DNA from: an uncultured bacterium
GTDB lineage: Bacteria > Bacteroidota > Ignavibacteria > Kapaibacteriales > UBA4661
Direction: 5' to 3'
Length of the DNA: 64,000 bases
Assembly: GCA_937899715.1 (NCBI GenBank)
Contig: CALCNX010000089.1
Coordinates: 9,213 to 73,212 of the forward strand
Each line of letters opens with the position of its first letter. Positions within the stretch are counted from its first letter, which is position 1. A program made the translations under genes and the position numbers. The notes under the pieces were generated by a model, which was given only the letters and a program-made list of their open reading frames with translations, ran no database searches and was not told the DNA's origin. This document shows positions 37,511 through 47,707 of the stretch, piece by piece.

Positions 37511-39277
37511 ATGTCTTTGCCCCGTTATAGTACCACAACTTACATTACAAGCAGTATGCAACGCTTTCTTCGTTCATTTATCCCACCCTCGTTTTTACCA
37601 CGTACCGATGCCCGCCGTCGCGCTCGTATTCTCGTTGATACTGCCTTCATAATCGTCTTTATTGACCTTGTTCATGCTGCCCTCTATACCTTTGCTTACG
37701 GAGCTTCGTGGCATTTAGTTATTATCAGTCTGCTTATTATTGCCAGCCTTGCTGCCCCGTTTATTCTTAAACTGACGGCTTCGTTGAGCGTTGCGGGTCA
37801 TGCCTTTGCTTTCTCCATGAGCGCTGCGTTTATTGGTTTTGCAGTATTGGAAGGTGGTATTACGACTTCTATCACACCACTGTTTACACTGCCGCCAATT
37901 ATTGCGCTGCTCACTGCGGGGCGAAAAGCCGCAGCCTTCCATTTTGGGTTAGTAGCCTTGAGCATTATTCTGTTCGTCGTTGCATCACATTTGGGTTGGC
38001 TGAAGGCAACGGAATTTTCGGCGAAGTGGGATTCTCTCATTTCCGGGGTAGTAATTTTTGCTGTTGTTTTCGGCTGTTTGGCACTGATGATTATGTTCGA
38101 TAATGGCACACAATATAGCCAAAGACTTCTTCAAGAAGAAAAAGCAGCTTCGGAGCAAAAAGTAATAGATGCAATCGTGCGCATACGGGAGCAACAAGAA
38201 GAGGCACAAGAAAGGGAAGCAGAAACCCTGCGACTGGCTGAAGAGCAAAAATTGTATTTGGAGCAAAGCGCACGGCTTATCTTGGAATCTATGCAGCGTT
38301 TCGCATTTGGTGATTTGACGGCACGGGTTGAAGAAGGGCGCACGGATGATATTGGGCAGATTTTTAAGGGTTTCAATCGTAGCATAGCGTCGGTAGAAAA
38401 GTTGGTGCAGCAGGTCATTCACAATGTAGAGCACACAAATACGATTGCAACCCATATCAGTTCTGCCTCAAGCCAGATGGCTGCCACCAGCGAAGAACAA
38501 TCAGCACAAATTGTACAAATTGCCTCCACCGTAGAAGAAACCGCACGTTCGGTAAGTGAAAACGCCAAACACGCTGTGCGTGTGGATATGCTGACGCGGC
38601 AAACAGGCGAAAATGCTGTTCGCGGTGCGGAAGTCGTTCGTGCAGCAGTGAGCAAAATTGAAGAAATTGCTTCGGTTGTCAGCGATGCGGCAAAAGTGGT
38701 AGAAACGCTTGGTAATTCCAGCGCGGAAATCGGTGAAATCGTACAAGTTATCGAAGAAATTGCCGACCAGACCAATCTTTTGGCACTCAATGCCGCCATC
38801 GAAGCTGCTCGTGCTGGTGAGCAAGGACGCGGCTTTGCGGTCGTTGCCGATGAAGTTCGTAAACTTGCCGAGCGCACCGCCCAAGCCACCAAACAAATCA
38901 GCCAAACGATTAAACTCATTCAACATGATACTGAGCGCGCTGTGAACGGGATGCAACGCGGCGATGCTGAAGTACGGCAGGGGCTAACATTGGCGCAGCA
39001 AGCAGGAGAAGCGCTTGAAAAAATTGTGGACAGCGCTCAAGAGGTGGCTGTTATGGTCAAAAACTCGGCATCGGTCATGGAAGAACAGTCTTCTTCGGTG
39101 GATTCTGTTGCCAAAAGCATTGAGCAAATTTCTGCGTCTGCAGAAGAAACAACCGTCAGTCTGGGCGAAATTGCCCGTTCAACAGAGCATTTGCTGGGCT
39201 TGACCGATGATTTACAAAATTTGGTAAGTCAGTTTGAAGTCGGGAGCACCAACGTTACCAAAAGTCTTTCGCGTTAG
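37511..39277 (+). CDS. Methyl-accepting chemotaxis protein with a multi-pass membrane N-terminal domain.
   Basis: About five predicted TM helices. The highly conserved MCP signalling domain is present (…[38 protein letters not shown]…). ATG at 37511. Confidence 0.8.
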   Translation: MSLPRYSTTTYITSSMQRFLRSFIPPSFLPRTDARRRARILVDTAFIIVFIDLVHAALYTFAYGASWHLVIISLLIIASLAAPFILKLTASLSVAGHAFAFSMSAAFIGFAVLEGGITTSITPLFTLPPIIALLTAGRKAAAFHFGLVALSIILFVVASHLGWLKATEFSAKWDSLISGVVIFAVVFGCLALMIMFDNGTQYSQRLLQEEKAASEQKVIDAIVRIREQQEEAQEREAETLRLAEEQKLYLEQSARLILESMQRFAFGDLTARVEEGRTDDIGQIFKGFNRSIASVEKLVQQVIHNVEHTNTIATHISSASSQMAATSEEQSAQIVQIASTVEETARSVSENAKHAVRVDMLTRQTGENAVRGAEVVRAAVSKIEEIASVVSDAAKVVETLGNSSAEIGEIVQVIEEIADQTNLLALNAAIEAARAGEQGRGFAVVADEVRKLAERTAQATKQISQTIKLIQHDTERAVNGMQRGDAEVRQGLTLAQQAGEALEKIVDSAQEVAVMVKNSASVMEEQSSSVDSVAKSIEQISASAEETTVSLGEIARSTEHLLGLTDDLQNLVSQFEVGSTNVTKSLSR

Positions 39278-39350
39278 AGTAATCCGCATTAGAGCAAACA
39301 ATAATTGCAAATCATTTGCAAAAGCGAAATTTTCGTTGTAGTTTTGTCTC

Positions 39351-39740
39351 ATGCTCACCGCGCTTCGTCATACCGATTCTCTTGCTACGCGCTCTTTCGC
39401 GCTGGCGCTTGCTGTGCTCTTTTGCACAGTGCGCATGGCTGCTGCATGGCACACCCACGAAGCATTTCACCACCACAACACGCCCGGCAGCAAGGCTGCC
39501 TCAGAAGCCTACTCCATTGCAGGTTTCGACCATAATACCTCGCCGACTAACCAGACAGCGGAGAATGACGATTGCCCGTTATGCCATGTATTGTCGCAGG
39601 GCATAGCGGAAATTGCGCTTGTAGCATTTGCTTTTGCACTTGCCCTCATGCTTGTTTTGCTTCTTGCGTCGGTATCATTTTCACCTGCTCGCCTCTCCAT
39701 TTCTTGCCTTTCCGACCGCGCTCCTCCTCGTTTCGCATAA
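39351..39740 (+). CDS. Hypothetical small His/Cys-containing membrane protein upstream of a TonB-dependent receptor.
   Basis: N-terminal hydrophobic segment, a His cluster HTHEAFHHHN, a DDCPLCH motif, and a C-terminal TM. No family recognised. Confidence 0.4.
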   Translation: MLTALRHTDSLATRSFALALAVLFCTVRMAAAWHTHEAFHHHNTPGSKAASEAYSIAGFDHNTSPTNQTAENDDCPLCHVLSQGIAEIALVAFAFALALMLVLLLASVSFSPARLSISCLSDRAPPRFA

Positions 39741-39804
39741 GCTCCTCTGCATAGCTTGCACCGCCTTTCTTTGTACTGCCTTTTCTTGAATACACCTTGA
39801 TTCT

Positions 39805-42276
39805 ATGACCATTTCACGACATAGCTTTGTGCTGTGGGCGTGTATGATGCTTACGCAATGCTGCTTCATACCAGCGTTGTACGGGCAAATACTCGTCGGC
39901 ACGGTGCTGGATAATCGCACCAGTAAGCCACTTTCCAGCGTACGCCTCTACATCCTCGAAAGTAAACGTGGTATGCTTTCACGTGCGGATGGGTCATTTA
40001 CGCTTCCTATCGGCGAACGCGGCACGTACACGCTTCGCGCAACACTTCTTGGCTATACGGCACTGGAAGAGCGTATTGTGGCTACTTCTCCAGATACCAT
40101 TCGCATTCGTATCCGTTTGCAGCAAGCCGTAGTGCGCCTTGCTGCTGCACGAGTCGTTACCGACCGTATCAATTCGGACAATTTGCCAACACAAAACATG
40201 ACCACTATTACCACACAAGATTTGGAGCGCTCTCGCGGGCAAACCTTTGGCGAGGCACTGCAAAATGTAGCGGGGGTAACACTTATGCAGACAGGAGCTT
40301 CGATTTCAAAGCCTGTTATTCGAGGGTTGCACAGCCAGCGTATCGTGGTGGTCAACGCAGGAGTAGCACAAGAAGGACAGCAGTGGGGCGCAGAGCACGC
40401 GCCGGAGATTGACCCCTTCGCTCCCTCCAAGATAGAAGTGGTGCGTGGTGCGGCGGGTGTGGAATATGGTGCGGGCGCTATCGGTGGCGTGATTCGGGTT
40501 CTCCCGCGAACGCTACCTCGCGGCACGTGGTTTGGTGGGGAAGCACAAACAGCTCTTTTTACTAATAACTCACAAGGCGTATTATCACTGGCATTAGAAG
40601 GCGGAAAGGCGGTAATTGGTGATAGTAACACGCTGCTGAATGAACTTGGTAAGGGGTTTGGCTGGCGCACGCAAGGCAGCGCAAGGCGGGCAGGCGATTC
40701 GCGTGCACCGTCGTATGTGATTGGTAATACAGGTTTTCAGGAAATAAATGGTTCCGTAGCATTTGGTTACACCGGGGAGCGCTTTGGAATTGAAGCCTAT
40801 TACTCACTTTTTACCACCGAACTCGGTATTTTTAGCGGTGCGCATATCGGAAGTTTACCTGATTTGTTGCGGGCGATGGAGAATGGTCGCCCCTTAGTGG
40901 ATTATGAATGGACGTACGCGATTGATGCGCCAAAGCAGCAAATTACGCATGATTTGTGGTCGGTAAATGCCCATTATGCTGCGGACTGTGGGCGCTTCGA
41001 GCTGCAATACGGCTGGCAGCAAAATAATCGTGCCGAATTCGATAGCCACAATGCTCGTATTCGCGGGGATTCGGGCGTGCTCATGCAATCGCTCATGCGC
41101 CCCGCCATGAACTTGCAATTAACAACGTATTCGCTTGATGCAAAATTTCGCCACAAGCCACTGAACATTGCACCCGAAGCCGTACTGACGGGCATTGTGG
41201 GCGGGAGCGGTGTAGCGCAATGGAACGTGCAGAGCGGTAGGGCGTTTCTGATTCCTAGTTTTCAAGCGCAGTCCGGGGGAGCATATTTGATTGAAACGTT
41301 GGCAATGCCTGATTTTATCGCCAATGCAGGATTCCGCTATGATGCGCGGCACGTGAACGTCATCGGCTCGGAATTTCGGGATATTCCCGACACAACGCAG
41401 ACGTTTTCCGGTTTTTCTGCGGCACTTGGCGTGGTGATGAATTTTGGGTTGGAAATAAACACAAACGACAGCACACAATTTATATCACTGCAAACTAGCC
41501 AAAGACCATCCTTCAAGCCGTTTTCCCTTGCACTCAATCTTGCTTCGGCATGGCGAGCGCCGCTGGTGAACGAGCAATTTTCCGAAGGCGTTCATCACGG
41601 CACGGCACAATATGAAATCGGTAATCCGAACCTGAAGCCGGAACGCAGTTACAGCGCAGATGCGACGCTGGCATTGCGAACCGAAAAAGCTCACTTTGAA
41701 CTCAGCGGCTACGTGAACACGATTGATAATTTTATCTATCTTCGTCCTGACGCTGCAAATCCGACGGTTACGATTCGCGGAACATTTCCGACCTTTCACT
41801 ACGCCCAGACATTTGCACTCTTGCGGGGTGTGGATGCAAGTGCCGATGCTCTTTTGAGCGATAATGTGCGCTTGGGCGGAACGCTCTCACTTGTGCGTGG
41901 TGATAATGTTGCTGACTCCGAGCCGCTTATTTTCATGCCTGCCGACCGACTTCGTTCGTTTATTCGCTACGAAGCTGCGTCATTGCTTGGCATGGCGGAT
42001 ATCTTTGCAGAAATCTCGTCAACACTTGTGCGGACACAAGACCGCTTCCCTGCGAATGTGGATTATGCTGCGCCACCGCCCGGCTATGTACTGTTTGATT
42101 GCGCAGTGGGAGGGCACGTGGAAACGTTCGGCACAAGACTTTCGTGGAATGTATCAGTGCGGAATATTGCAAACACGGCGTATCGAGACTATCTCAGCCG
42201 CTACCGTTATTTCACCGATGATCCGGGGCGGAACGTGGTTGTGCGAGTATCGGTGCCGTTTGGAGATGGGCGGTGA
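39805..42276 (+). CDS. TonB-dependent outer-membrane receptor with an N-terminal carboxypeptidase-regulatory-like domain.
   Basis: Signal peptide; CarbopepD_reg-like segment ILVGTVLDNRTSKPLSSVRLYI; plug domain; C-terminal beta-barrel with an aromatic terminus. Confidence 0.85.
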   Translation: MTISRHSFVLWACMMLTQCCFIPALYGQILVGTVLDNRTSKPLSSVRLYILESKRGMLSRADGSFTLPIGERGTYTLRATLLGYTALEERIVATSPDTIRIRIRLQQAVVRLAAARVVTDRINSDNLPTQNMTTITTQDLERSRGQTFGEALQNVAGVTLMQTGASISKPVIRGLHSQRIVVVNAGVAQEGQQWGAEHAPEIDPFAPSKIEVVRGAAGVEYGAGAIGGVIRVLPRTLPRGTWFGGEAQTALFTNNSQGVLSLALEGGKAVIGDSNTLLNELGKGFGWRTQGSARRAGDSRAPSYVIGNTGFQEINGSVAFGYTGERFGIEAYYSLFTTELGIFSGAHIGSLPDLLRAMENGRPLVDYEWTYAIDAPKQQITHDLWSVNAHYAADCGRFELQYGWQQNNRAEFDSHNARIRGDSGVLMQSLMRPAMNLQLTTYSLDAKFRHKPLNIAPEAVLTGIVGGSGVAQWNVQSGRAFLIPSFQAQSGGAYLIETLAMPDFIANAGFRYDARHVNVIGSEFRDIPDTTQTFSGFSAALGVVMNFGLEINTNDSTQFISLQTSQRPSFKPFSLALNLASAWRAPLVNEQFSEGVHHGTAQYEIGNPNLKPERSYSADATLALRTEKAHFELSGYVNTIDNFIYLRPDAANPTVTIRGTFPTFHYAQTFALLRGVDASADALLSDNVRLGGTLSLVRGDNVADSEPLIFMPADRLRSFIRYEAASLLGMADIFAEISSTLVRTQDRFPANVDYAAPPPGYVLFDCAVGGHVETFGTRLSWNVSVRNIANTAYRDYLSRYRYFTDDPGRNVVVRVSVPFGDGR

Positions 42277-42286
42277 GAGACATCAT

Positions 42287-42529
42287 TTACCGAGCAAGTT
42301 CCAAAGGCTCGTGCACAAGCAGCATTAAATCTTGCGTTGAGATAGATTCGATGGCAAATGCTTTGCCGTTCAGGTCAGCAAATTCAACCAAGGCAAACTC
42401 TCCAATGTGATCATCAACGACTGTTCCGCCACAGCCACGCGGCAGTACAATCTGTTTACCGCTTGCAAAGTGAGTTGTAGTGAGCTCTTTGAGCAAAACA
42501 ACAGCAGAATGTTCTTGAAGTATTGGCAT
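42287..42529 (-). CDS. DUF4926-like small protein.
   Basis: 80 aa. The pattern VVLLKEL…GKQIVLPRGCGGTVVDDHIGEFALVEFADLNGKAFAIESISTQDL matches what I recall of DUF4926 (SH3-like, E[VF]EF.D..G). AT-rich local composition. Confidence 0.5.
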   Translation of the reverse strand: MPILQEHSAVVLLKELTTTHFASGKQIVLPRGCGGTVVDDHIGEFALVEFADLNGKAFAIESISTQDLMLLVHEPLELAR

Positions 42530-42543
42530 AAATTACATCCTTG

Positions 42544-42882
42544 TTAATCAATGTAAGCAGTTGATAGATGAGGTACTTGAGTTTTATGATTTACACACCA
42601 CCCCGTGCGAATACGACAAGTGCTGACATCAGTGGTCAGGTTGAAAACAATATTGTAAATATCGCAATAGGGTGTGGTCTTAACAAAAAACGCTTGATTG
42701 GTTTGTGAAGCAGAAAAGATTGCATCCAGTAGAATTTCGCTATTCGTCTGAGAAATACCAAGCAACCGTTGAAATAAAAGAGCTTTATGCTTGCCATATT
42801 CATGCTCTGTATTCAAACAGTATTGCTCAACTTTTTCAAGAATTTGCTTGCGGTCAATCATGGAAGCATTTGGCAGATACAT
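42544..42882 (-). CDS. Conserved hypothetical small protein, upstream partner of the DUF4926-like gene.
   Basis: 112 aa, 14 nt upstream of the DUF4926-like gene on the same strand. No recognisable domain; I am unsure whether it is DUF6883-like. Confidence 0.4.
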   Translation of the reverse strand: MYLPNASMIDRKQILEKVEQYCLNTEHEYGKHKALLFQRLLGISQTNSEILLDAIFSASQTNQAFFVKTTPYCDIYNIVFNLTTDVSTCRIRTGWCVNHKTQVPHLSTAYID

Positions 42883-42981
42883 AGCAATAATAGGATTTTA
42901 ACAGACAACCTTTACCAAAACTACAATTTTTCTGTCATTAGTTCATAGTTTTTGCTTTTTCACCCTTTTCCCCAAAACATT

Positions 42982-43560
42982 ATGAAGACCTTTTTTTCTC
43001 GCACTAATGCCATTAAAACGGCATGGTTACTTCTGTTCGTAACACTAGCATTGACAAATGCTTGCCGCCCTATCTCCAATCCTGCACAAACAGACCTTGA
43101 GGAAGTCTTGCCGAACGTGATAACGCTGACCTTGAGCAGTCCGCAGGGCAATACCACTGCCGTTTGGCATGGCTCTACCAATGCAACGGGTTCAGCAGTG
43201 CATATCGACACACTCGTTCTTGCGGCAGGGCGCACGTATGCCGGTGCGATTAGCGCCGTGAATGCAACCAAGTCGCCCAGCGTTGATTTGACTGCCGAGT
43301 ACAAAAAACTGGCGGATGAGCATCAGTTTTTTTATATCGTTGCGGGAGATGCGAAAAACCGCGTGAGTATTACTGTTACCGATAAAGACGGAAATAATTT
43401 GCCCGTCGGCTTGGAGTTTACCCTTGCCGCAAGTGCAGGCGCATCAGTGCGCGGGACGCTCAACGTCGTGCTTTCGCATTATGACGGGGTGAAGAAAAAT
43501 GGTACTAGTATGAGTTCGGAAAGCGATATTGATATTACTTTTCCGGTAGTTATTCGGTAG
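42982..43560 (+). CDS. Hypothetical lipoprotein with a beta-rich secreted domain.
   Basis: Signal/lipobox MKTFFSRTNAIKTAWLLLFVTLALTNAC. ATG at 42982; the track start is TTG. Confidence 0.5.
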   Translation: MKTFFSRTNAIKTAWLLLFVTLALTNACRPISNPAQTDLEEVLPNVITLTLSSPQGNTTAVWHGSTNATGSAVHIDTLVLAAGRTYAGAISAVNATKSPSVDLTAEYKKLADEHQFFYIVAGDAKNRVSITVTDKDGNNLPVGLEFTLAASAGASVRGTLNVVLSHYDGVKKNGTSMSSESDIDITFPVVIR

Positions 43561-43684
43561 TGCTTGAAGTGAACGTGTGAAAAAAATGCGTCATTGTCTT
43601 TTTCTCTGCAACTTTTCCGCGACCTTGTGCATCTTCCTTTTGTAGTTCCAATTTTGCCCCACGACCGACAACGTCTGCAAGCGC

Positions 43685-44254
43685 ATGACCGAAACGCTTC
43701 CACGCATATCCGAAGAGACAAGGCACCGACCAATGCTTGAGCAGCCCAATCATACCGACCACGCTGAACGCCAAGCACGATTCTGTGCGCTTGTGGAGCC
43801 GCATATTGAGGCGGTTGGGCGCTTTGTTCATGCGCTCACGCGCAACCGCGAGGAAGCACGTGATATTACGGGCGATGTTCTCCTTATTGCCTTTGAACGT
43901 CTGGACGACCTCAAAAGCGAGCAAGCGTCCGCATCGTGGCTCTTTTCGATTGCCCGCAATACGTTCTATCAGCGTAAACGGCGCAGCAAATTCTGGGGCT
44001 TTTTTGATGAAAAAGCCGCGCACGAAAACCCTACGGAAGCTCCGCAGCCGGACGTTTCTGCCGATGTTGCCCTTTTGCACAAAGCTCTTTCCCGACTGCC
44101 CGAAGCACAGCGCGAAGCCGTCACTCTCTTTGAAATAGCAGGTCTTTCGCTGGAGGAAATTCTCGCCGTGCAAGGCGGTACGCTCTCCGGCGTGAAATCG
44201 CGCGTTACACGCGGGCGCGAAGCACTGAAGAAAATGATGACGGATAAAGTATGA
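43685..44254 (+). CDS. ECF (sigma-70 group IV) RNA polymerase sigma factor.
   Basis: Region 2 (…FVHALTRNREEARDITGDVLL…FSIARN…) and a region 4 helix-turn-helix (…LPEAQREAVTLFEIAGLSLEEILAVQGGTLSGVKSRVTRGREAL…). Confidence 0.8.
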   Translation: MTETLPRISEETRHRPMLEQPNHTDHAERQARFCALVEPHIEAVGRFVHALTRNREEARDITGDVLLIAFERLDDLKSEQASASWLFSIARNTFYQRKRRSKFWGFFDEKAAHENPTEAPQPDVSADVALLHKALSRLPEAQREAVTLFEIAGLSLEEILAVQGGTLSGVKSRVTRGREALKKMMTDKV

Positions 44255-44292
44255 AGCCTCACCAAGACCAATGACCAAGCAACTAACGACCA

Positions 44293-46311
44293 ATGACCAA
44301 ATTAGACGAATACTTTGACCGCGCCCGCCGCGAAACACCGCCTCTCCACAAGGATGAAGTGAGCAACATCCTTCGAGAGAAATTATCCGAACGCCGCGAC
44401 CGTGAGACCGCTCACACTCGTGGGAATGGCGTTTGGTGGCGGAGCATCGGGCGTGTTTTTCTCACACTTCCCCCAAAAGGTTGGATTATGATTTCCGCAT
44501 TGCTCACAAGCGCAATTCTTGCCACAGCATTTTTCTGGCAAATAACGCCGCAAAGCGCATACAATGGTGCTTCTGCATCACAAACATCAACATTTCACGC
44601 AGCAGCACCGCAAACTGTCGCGCAAATAAACGTTTCACAAAAAAAACTCGCCCTAAAAGCCCAAACAAAAACGAATTACGCGGCAAAAATGCAAGCGCCA
44701 ACGAAGCCCGAAGGACTCACGACCACAAATGCTCAAACACTCAAAGACAGCCTTCCTGCGCCGTATGATTTTGTACCCGTGGACGAAGAGCCTTTCATAG
44801 ATATTCAGACATTAATGCAAAAAGTTGTTTATCCCGAAGTCGCCAAAAAGCTGGGTTTAGAGGGTAAAGTGAATGTGCGTATTCTTGTGCTGCCCGATGG
44901 CAGCGTCTCACGTCGTTCATTTGTAGAGTATTCCGATGTACATCTATTTGACTCATCGGCACTAAATAGTGTTTACGCTACACATTGGGAACCCGCCAAA
45001 CGAGCAGGAAAGACTGTTTCATGTTGGGTAAGTGTACCGATCTCTTACCGCTTGAAGGAACGCATGGGCAAAAATGTAATTATGAAAGCGCAAATACTGA
45101 CATTGACAGCGGAAGAATTAAAGAAGATAGGTGTGGAGCAGGATGCGAAGGGTATCGTTACCACGCTAGGCTGGAACAAATCACGCGAAAAATTGTATCG
45201 TATGCAGACAAGTATCCATTCCGATATTACGCCCAAACTAATGAGTGATAGCGTTTTTGCTGAATATTTACATACCCTTCGCAAAGAAGGCAAATATGCT
45301 ACGGCAGCACAATGGGAAACTGCTCAACGTGAAGCTGGGAAGCGGTCGCTACGGGACTTAATACGTGATAGCGTCATGAATTCTAACGAATCCGGCATTG
45401 TCAACATTGTTTCCACGAAGCAGTCCGAGAAAGTGGTTGATTACATGGAATTACGCGCAACTGCCCGCCAATTCTCGCTTCCACGCCTTGTAACTGATGG
45501 TCATAACTATCGCTATTTTGTGGATATGTCAGACCTTCCACGATTACAAAAGAGTCGTGAAATACAAAAGGAAATGACTGAATTTTACCGCCAATTGAAA
45601 CTTGCCAAGATAGACACGGCACAAGCACTTGATTCCGCAAGAAAATTTCATAGCAGATATAACTCTGCAACGTATAAGGCAATGATAGCAGCAGCAGATA
45701 GCAACGAGAAAGCTAGGTTAATAAAACAATTCAATGAAGAGTATCGTCAAAATCTTGTGCAGGAAAAGCAAGAAGAACTGCAATTCGAGCAAGAAAAATC
45801 CGACGTTAGCAAGCTCATCGGCATTCGCATCCCCAGCAACCAAGCCCGCGCCGAAGGTGATGAATACTTGCTTTGGTACGACCCCACGCCGGAATTTATT
45901 GCCCTTCTGCCGGAGCGCTACCGCACAGGATTGGAACGCGAAGTAGCCGCCGCAAAGAAATACGCAACCAAATGCGAAATCCCCACCGAAGAAGAGCGGA
46001 AGGCTATTCCGGGCTATTTCGATTCGTGGCGCTCCTGTGACGGTGTGCTGAAAATTGCAAGTATTTTCCCCAATCCTGCCGACGTGAAAGCAACCGTGCG
46101 CTTTACGCTCGCCGAAGCCCGCAGCATTACGATTACCGTGCATGGTCTGAATGGTGACCGCCTTGCTATCTTAGAGCCAACGCCCGTGCTACCTGCTGGC
46201 GAACACGAACTGCCCTTGGACTTCACGGGGCGCAACGTGGGCGTGTATTTACTGGCGCTCTCGACCGATAAGAACGAGACTGCAATTAAGCGCGTGATGA
46301 TTTCGCGGTAA
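44293..46311 (+). CDS. Chimeric membrane protein: cytoplasmic anti-sigma-like N-terminus, single TM, TonB C-terminal-like domain, long charged linker, and a C-terminal T9SS (Por) sorting-like domain.
   Basis: About 55 cytoplasmic residues, then a TM (GWIMISALLTSAILATAFFW). TonB_C-like region …IDIQTLMQKVVYPEVAKKLGLEGKVNVRILVLPDGSVSRRSF…SALNSVYATHWEPAKRAGKTVSCWVSVPISYRL. C-terminus SIFPNPADVKATVRFTLAEARSITITVHGLNGDRLAIL…GVYLLALSTDKNETAIKRVMI resembles TIGR04183. Located 38 nt after the ECF sigma gene. Confidence 0.65.
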   Translation: MTKLDEYFDRARRETPPLHKDEVSNILREKLSERRDRETAHTRGNGVWWRSIGRVFLTLPPKGWIMISALLTSAILATAFFWQITPQSAYNGASASQTSTFHAAAPQTVAQINVSQKKLALKAQTKTNYAAKMQAPTKPEGLTTTNAQTLKDSLPAPYDFVPVDEEPFIDIQTLMQKVVYPEVAKKLGLEGKVNVRILVLPDGSVSRRSFVEYSDVHLFDSSALNSVYATHWEPAKRAGKTVSCWVSVPISYRLKERMGKNVIMKAQILTLTAEELKKIGVEQDAKGIVTTLGWNKSREKLYRMQTSIHSDITPKLMSDSVFAEYLHTLRKEGKYATAAQWETAQREAGKRSLRDLIRDSVMNSNESGIVNIVSTKQSEKVVDYMELRATARQFSLPRLVTDGHNYRYFVDMSDLPRLQKSREIQKEMTEFYRQLKLAKIDTAQALDSARKFHSRYNSATYKAMIAAADSNEKARLIKQFNEEYRQNLVQEKQEELQFEQEKSDVSKLIGIRIPSNQARAEGDEYLLWYDPTPEFIALLPERYRTGLEREVAAAKKYATKCEIPTEEERKAIPGYFDSWRSCDGVLKIASIFPNPADVKATVRFTLAEARSITITVHGLNGDRLAILEPTPVLPAGEHELPLDFTGRNVGVYLLALSTDKNETAIKRVMISR

Positions 46312-46333
46312 GCGCCCACAGCAGAAGCAAGCA

Positions 46334-47707
46334 TCAACCAATCACCGGACTATTTCGCTTGGAATAGTCCGGTATTGTTTCGGTCTGTATCTCATCGGGT
46401 CCGTGCTGTATTTTTTTAGTGAGCAAGTACATAAAAAGCACAAAGAGCAGCGCATAGACGAGCGTAAAAAGAATAAGCGAGAACAAGATTTGTTCAGCCT
46501 TGACGGACTTGGAAAGAGCATCACTTGTGCGGAGCAAGCCATAGACCACCCACGGCTGCCGCCCCATTTCTGCCGCAAACCACCCGCATTGATTCGCAAG
46601 TTGCGGCACAACCACCGCAAAGGCGTACGTCAGCATGAGCCATGAATACTGAAAGAGTTTCCCCCGCCACCACAGAAAAACGGAAAAAAGCGTCAGCCCA
46701 ATCATAAACATTCCACTCGCTACCATGAGATGATAAAACTGGAAAACAGCGTTGATTTGCAACGGGCGGTCGTTTTTAGGGAAGGAGTTGAGACCTCTGA
46801 CAGGCGTGGTGAAGTCTTGATGCAGAAGAAATGTCAGCCCCTTCGGAATATACAAGCCCATTATTTGTTCGGTGCTTTGGTTCACATAGCCCATAAGGTA
46901 CATATCGGCAACCGCCAAACTGTCGTAGTGTCCTTCAAAAGCCGCCAGCTTTGCGGGCTGGTTCACCGCCACACCGTCTGCGGAGCGATGTCCCGTGAAA
47001 AGCTGCGTCAAACCTGCTACCGTCGCTATCGCGAGCGCAATTTTGAATGCTTTTTGGGATAATTCCACGTGCCGCCGCTTCAGAATGTAGTACGCATGAA
47101 CACTCAGCACCAAAAATGAACCCGCTAAAAAAGCTCCCACAATCACGTGCGAAAGCCTGTCCACCGACGACGGATTAAAGACCATTGCCCAAAAGTCCGT
47201 TATTTCCGCCCGTGCTTTCATGCCCTCGCCCACGATATGAAATCCCGCCGGCGTTTGCTGCCATGAGTTCGCAACCACAATCCAAATTGCCGAGAACATC
47301 GAACCAAGTGCTACCATCACCGTCGAAAAAAAATGTACTTTCGGGCTAACGCGATTCCAACCAAAGAGCAAAACTCCCAGAAAACCTGATTCCAACGCAA
47401 ACGCAAAAATACCTTCCGCCGCCAACGCTGAACCGAAAATATCTCCCACATAGCGCGAATACGTCGCCCAGTTCGTACCGAATTCAAATTCCATCACAAT
47501 CCCCGTTGCTACGCCGATGCCGAAGATGAGCGCAAAAATTTTTATCCAAAAGCGCGTCATCTGTTCGTATATTTTGTTGCCCGTTCGCAAATACAAGCCC
47601 TCCATTGCCACCAAGACCACGCCCAGCCCAATGCTGAGAGGCGGGTAAATGTAATGAAAACTGATGGTAAAAGCGAATTGCACGCGGGCGAGAAGCTCTG
47701 CATCCAT
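46334..47707 (-). CDS. cydA: Cytochrome bd ubiquinol oxidase subunit I.
   Basis: Starts [29 protein letters not shown]; the Q-loop region and nine-TM pattern are present. ATG at 47707; the ORF-track start at 47983 extends 92 codons upstream. Confidence 0.85.
   Translation of the reverse strand: MDAELLARVQFAFTISFHYIYPPLSIGLGVVLVAMEGLYLRTGNKIYEQMTRFWIKIFALIFGIGVATGIVMEFEFGTNWATYSRYVGDIFGSALAAEGIFAFALESGFLGVLLFGWNRVSPKVHFFSTVMVALGSMFSAIWIVVANSWQQTPAGFHIVGEGMKARAEITDFWAMVFNPSSVDRLSHVIVGAFLAGSFLVLSVHAYYILKRRHVELSQKAFKIALAIATVAGLTQLFTGHRSADGVAVNQPAKLAAFEGHYDSLAVADMYLMGYVNQSTEQIMGLYIPKGLTFLLHQDFTTPVRGLNSFPKNDRPLQINAVFQFYHLMVASGMFMIGLTLFSVFLWWRGKLFQYSWLMLTYAFAVVVPQLANQCGWFAAEMGRQPWVVYGLLRTSDALSKSVKAEQILFSLILFTLVYALLFVLFMYLLTKKIQHGPDEIQTETIPDYSKRNSPVIG

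Noticed and set aside
39305-39321. TTGCAAATcATTTGCAA palindrome after the chemotaxis-receptor gene, considered as a possible terminator or operator.
   Set aside because: There is only an 8-bp AT-rich stem with a 1-nt loop and no T-tract, which is too weak to call.
43550-44338. A 262-aa minus-strand ORF overlapping the ECF sigma factor gene.
   Set aside because: The plus-strand sigma-70 region 2 and region 4 motifs are clear. The antisense ORF has no recognisable features.
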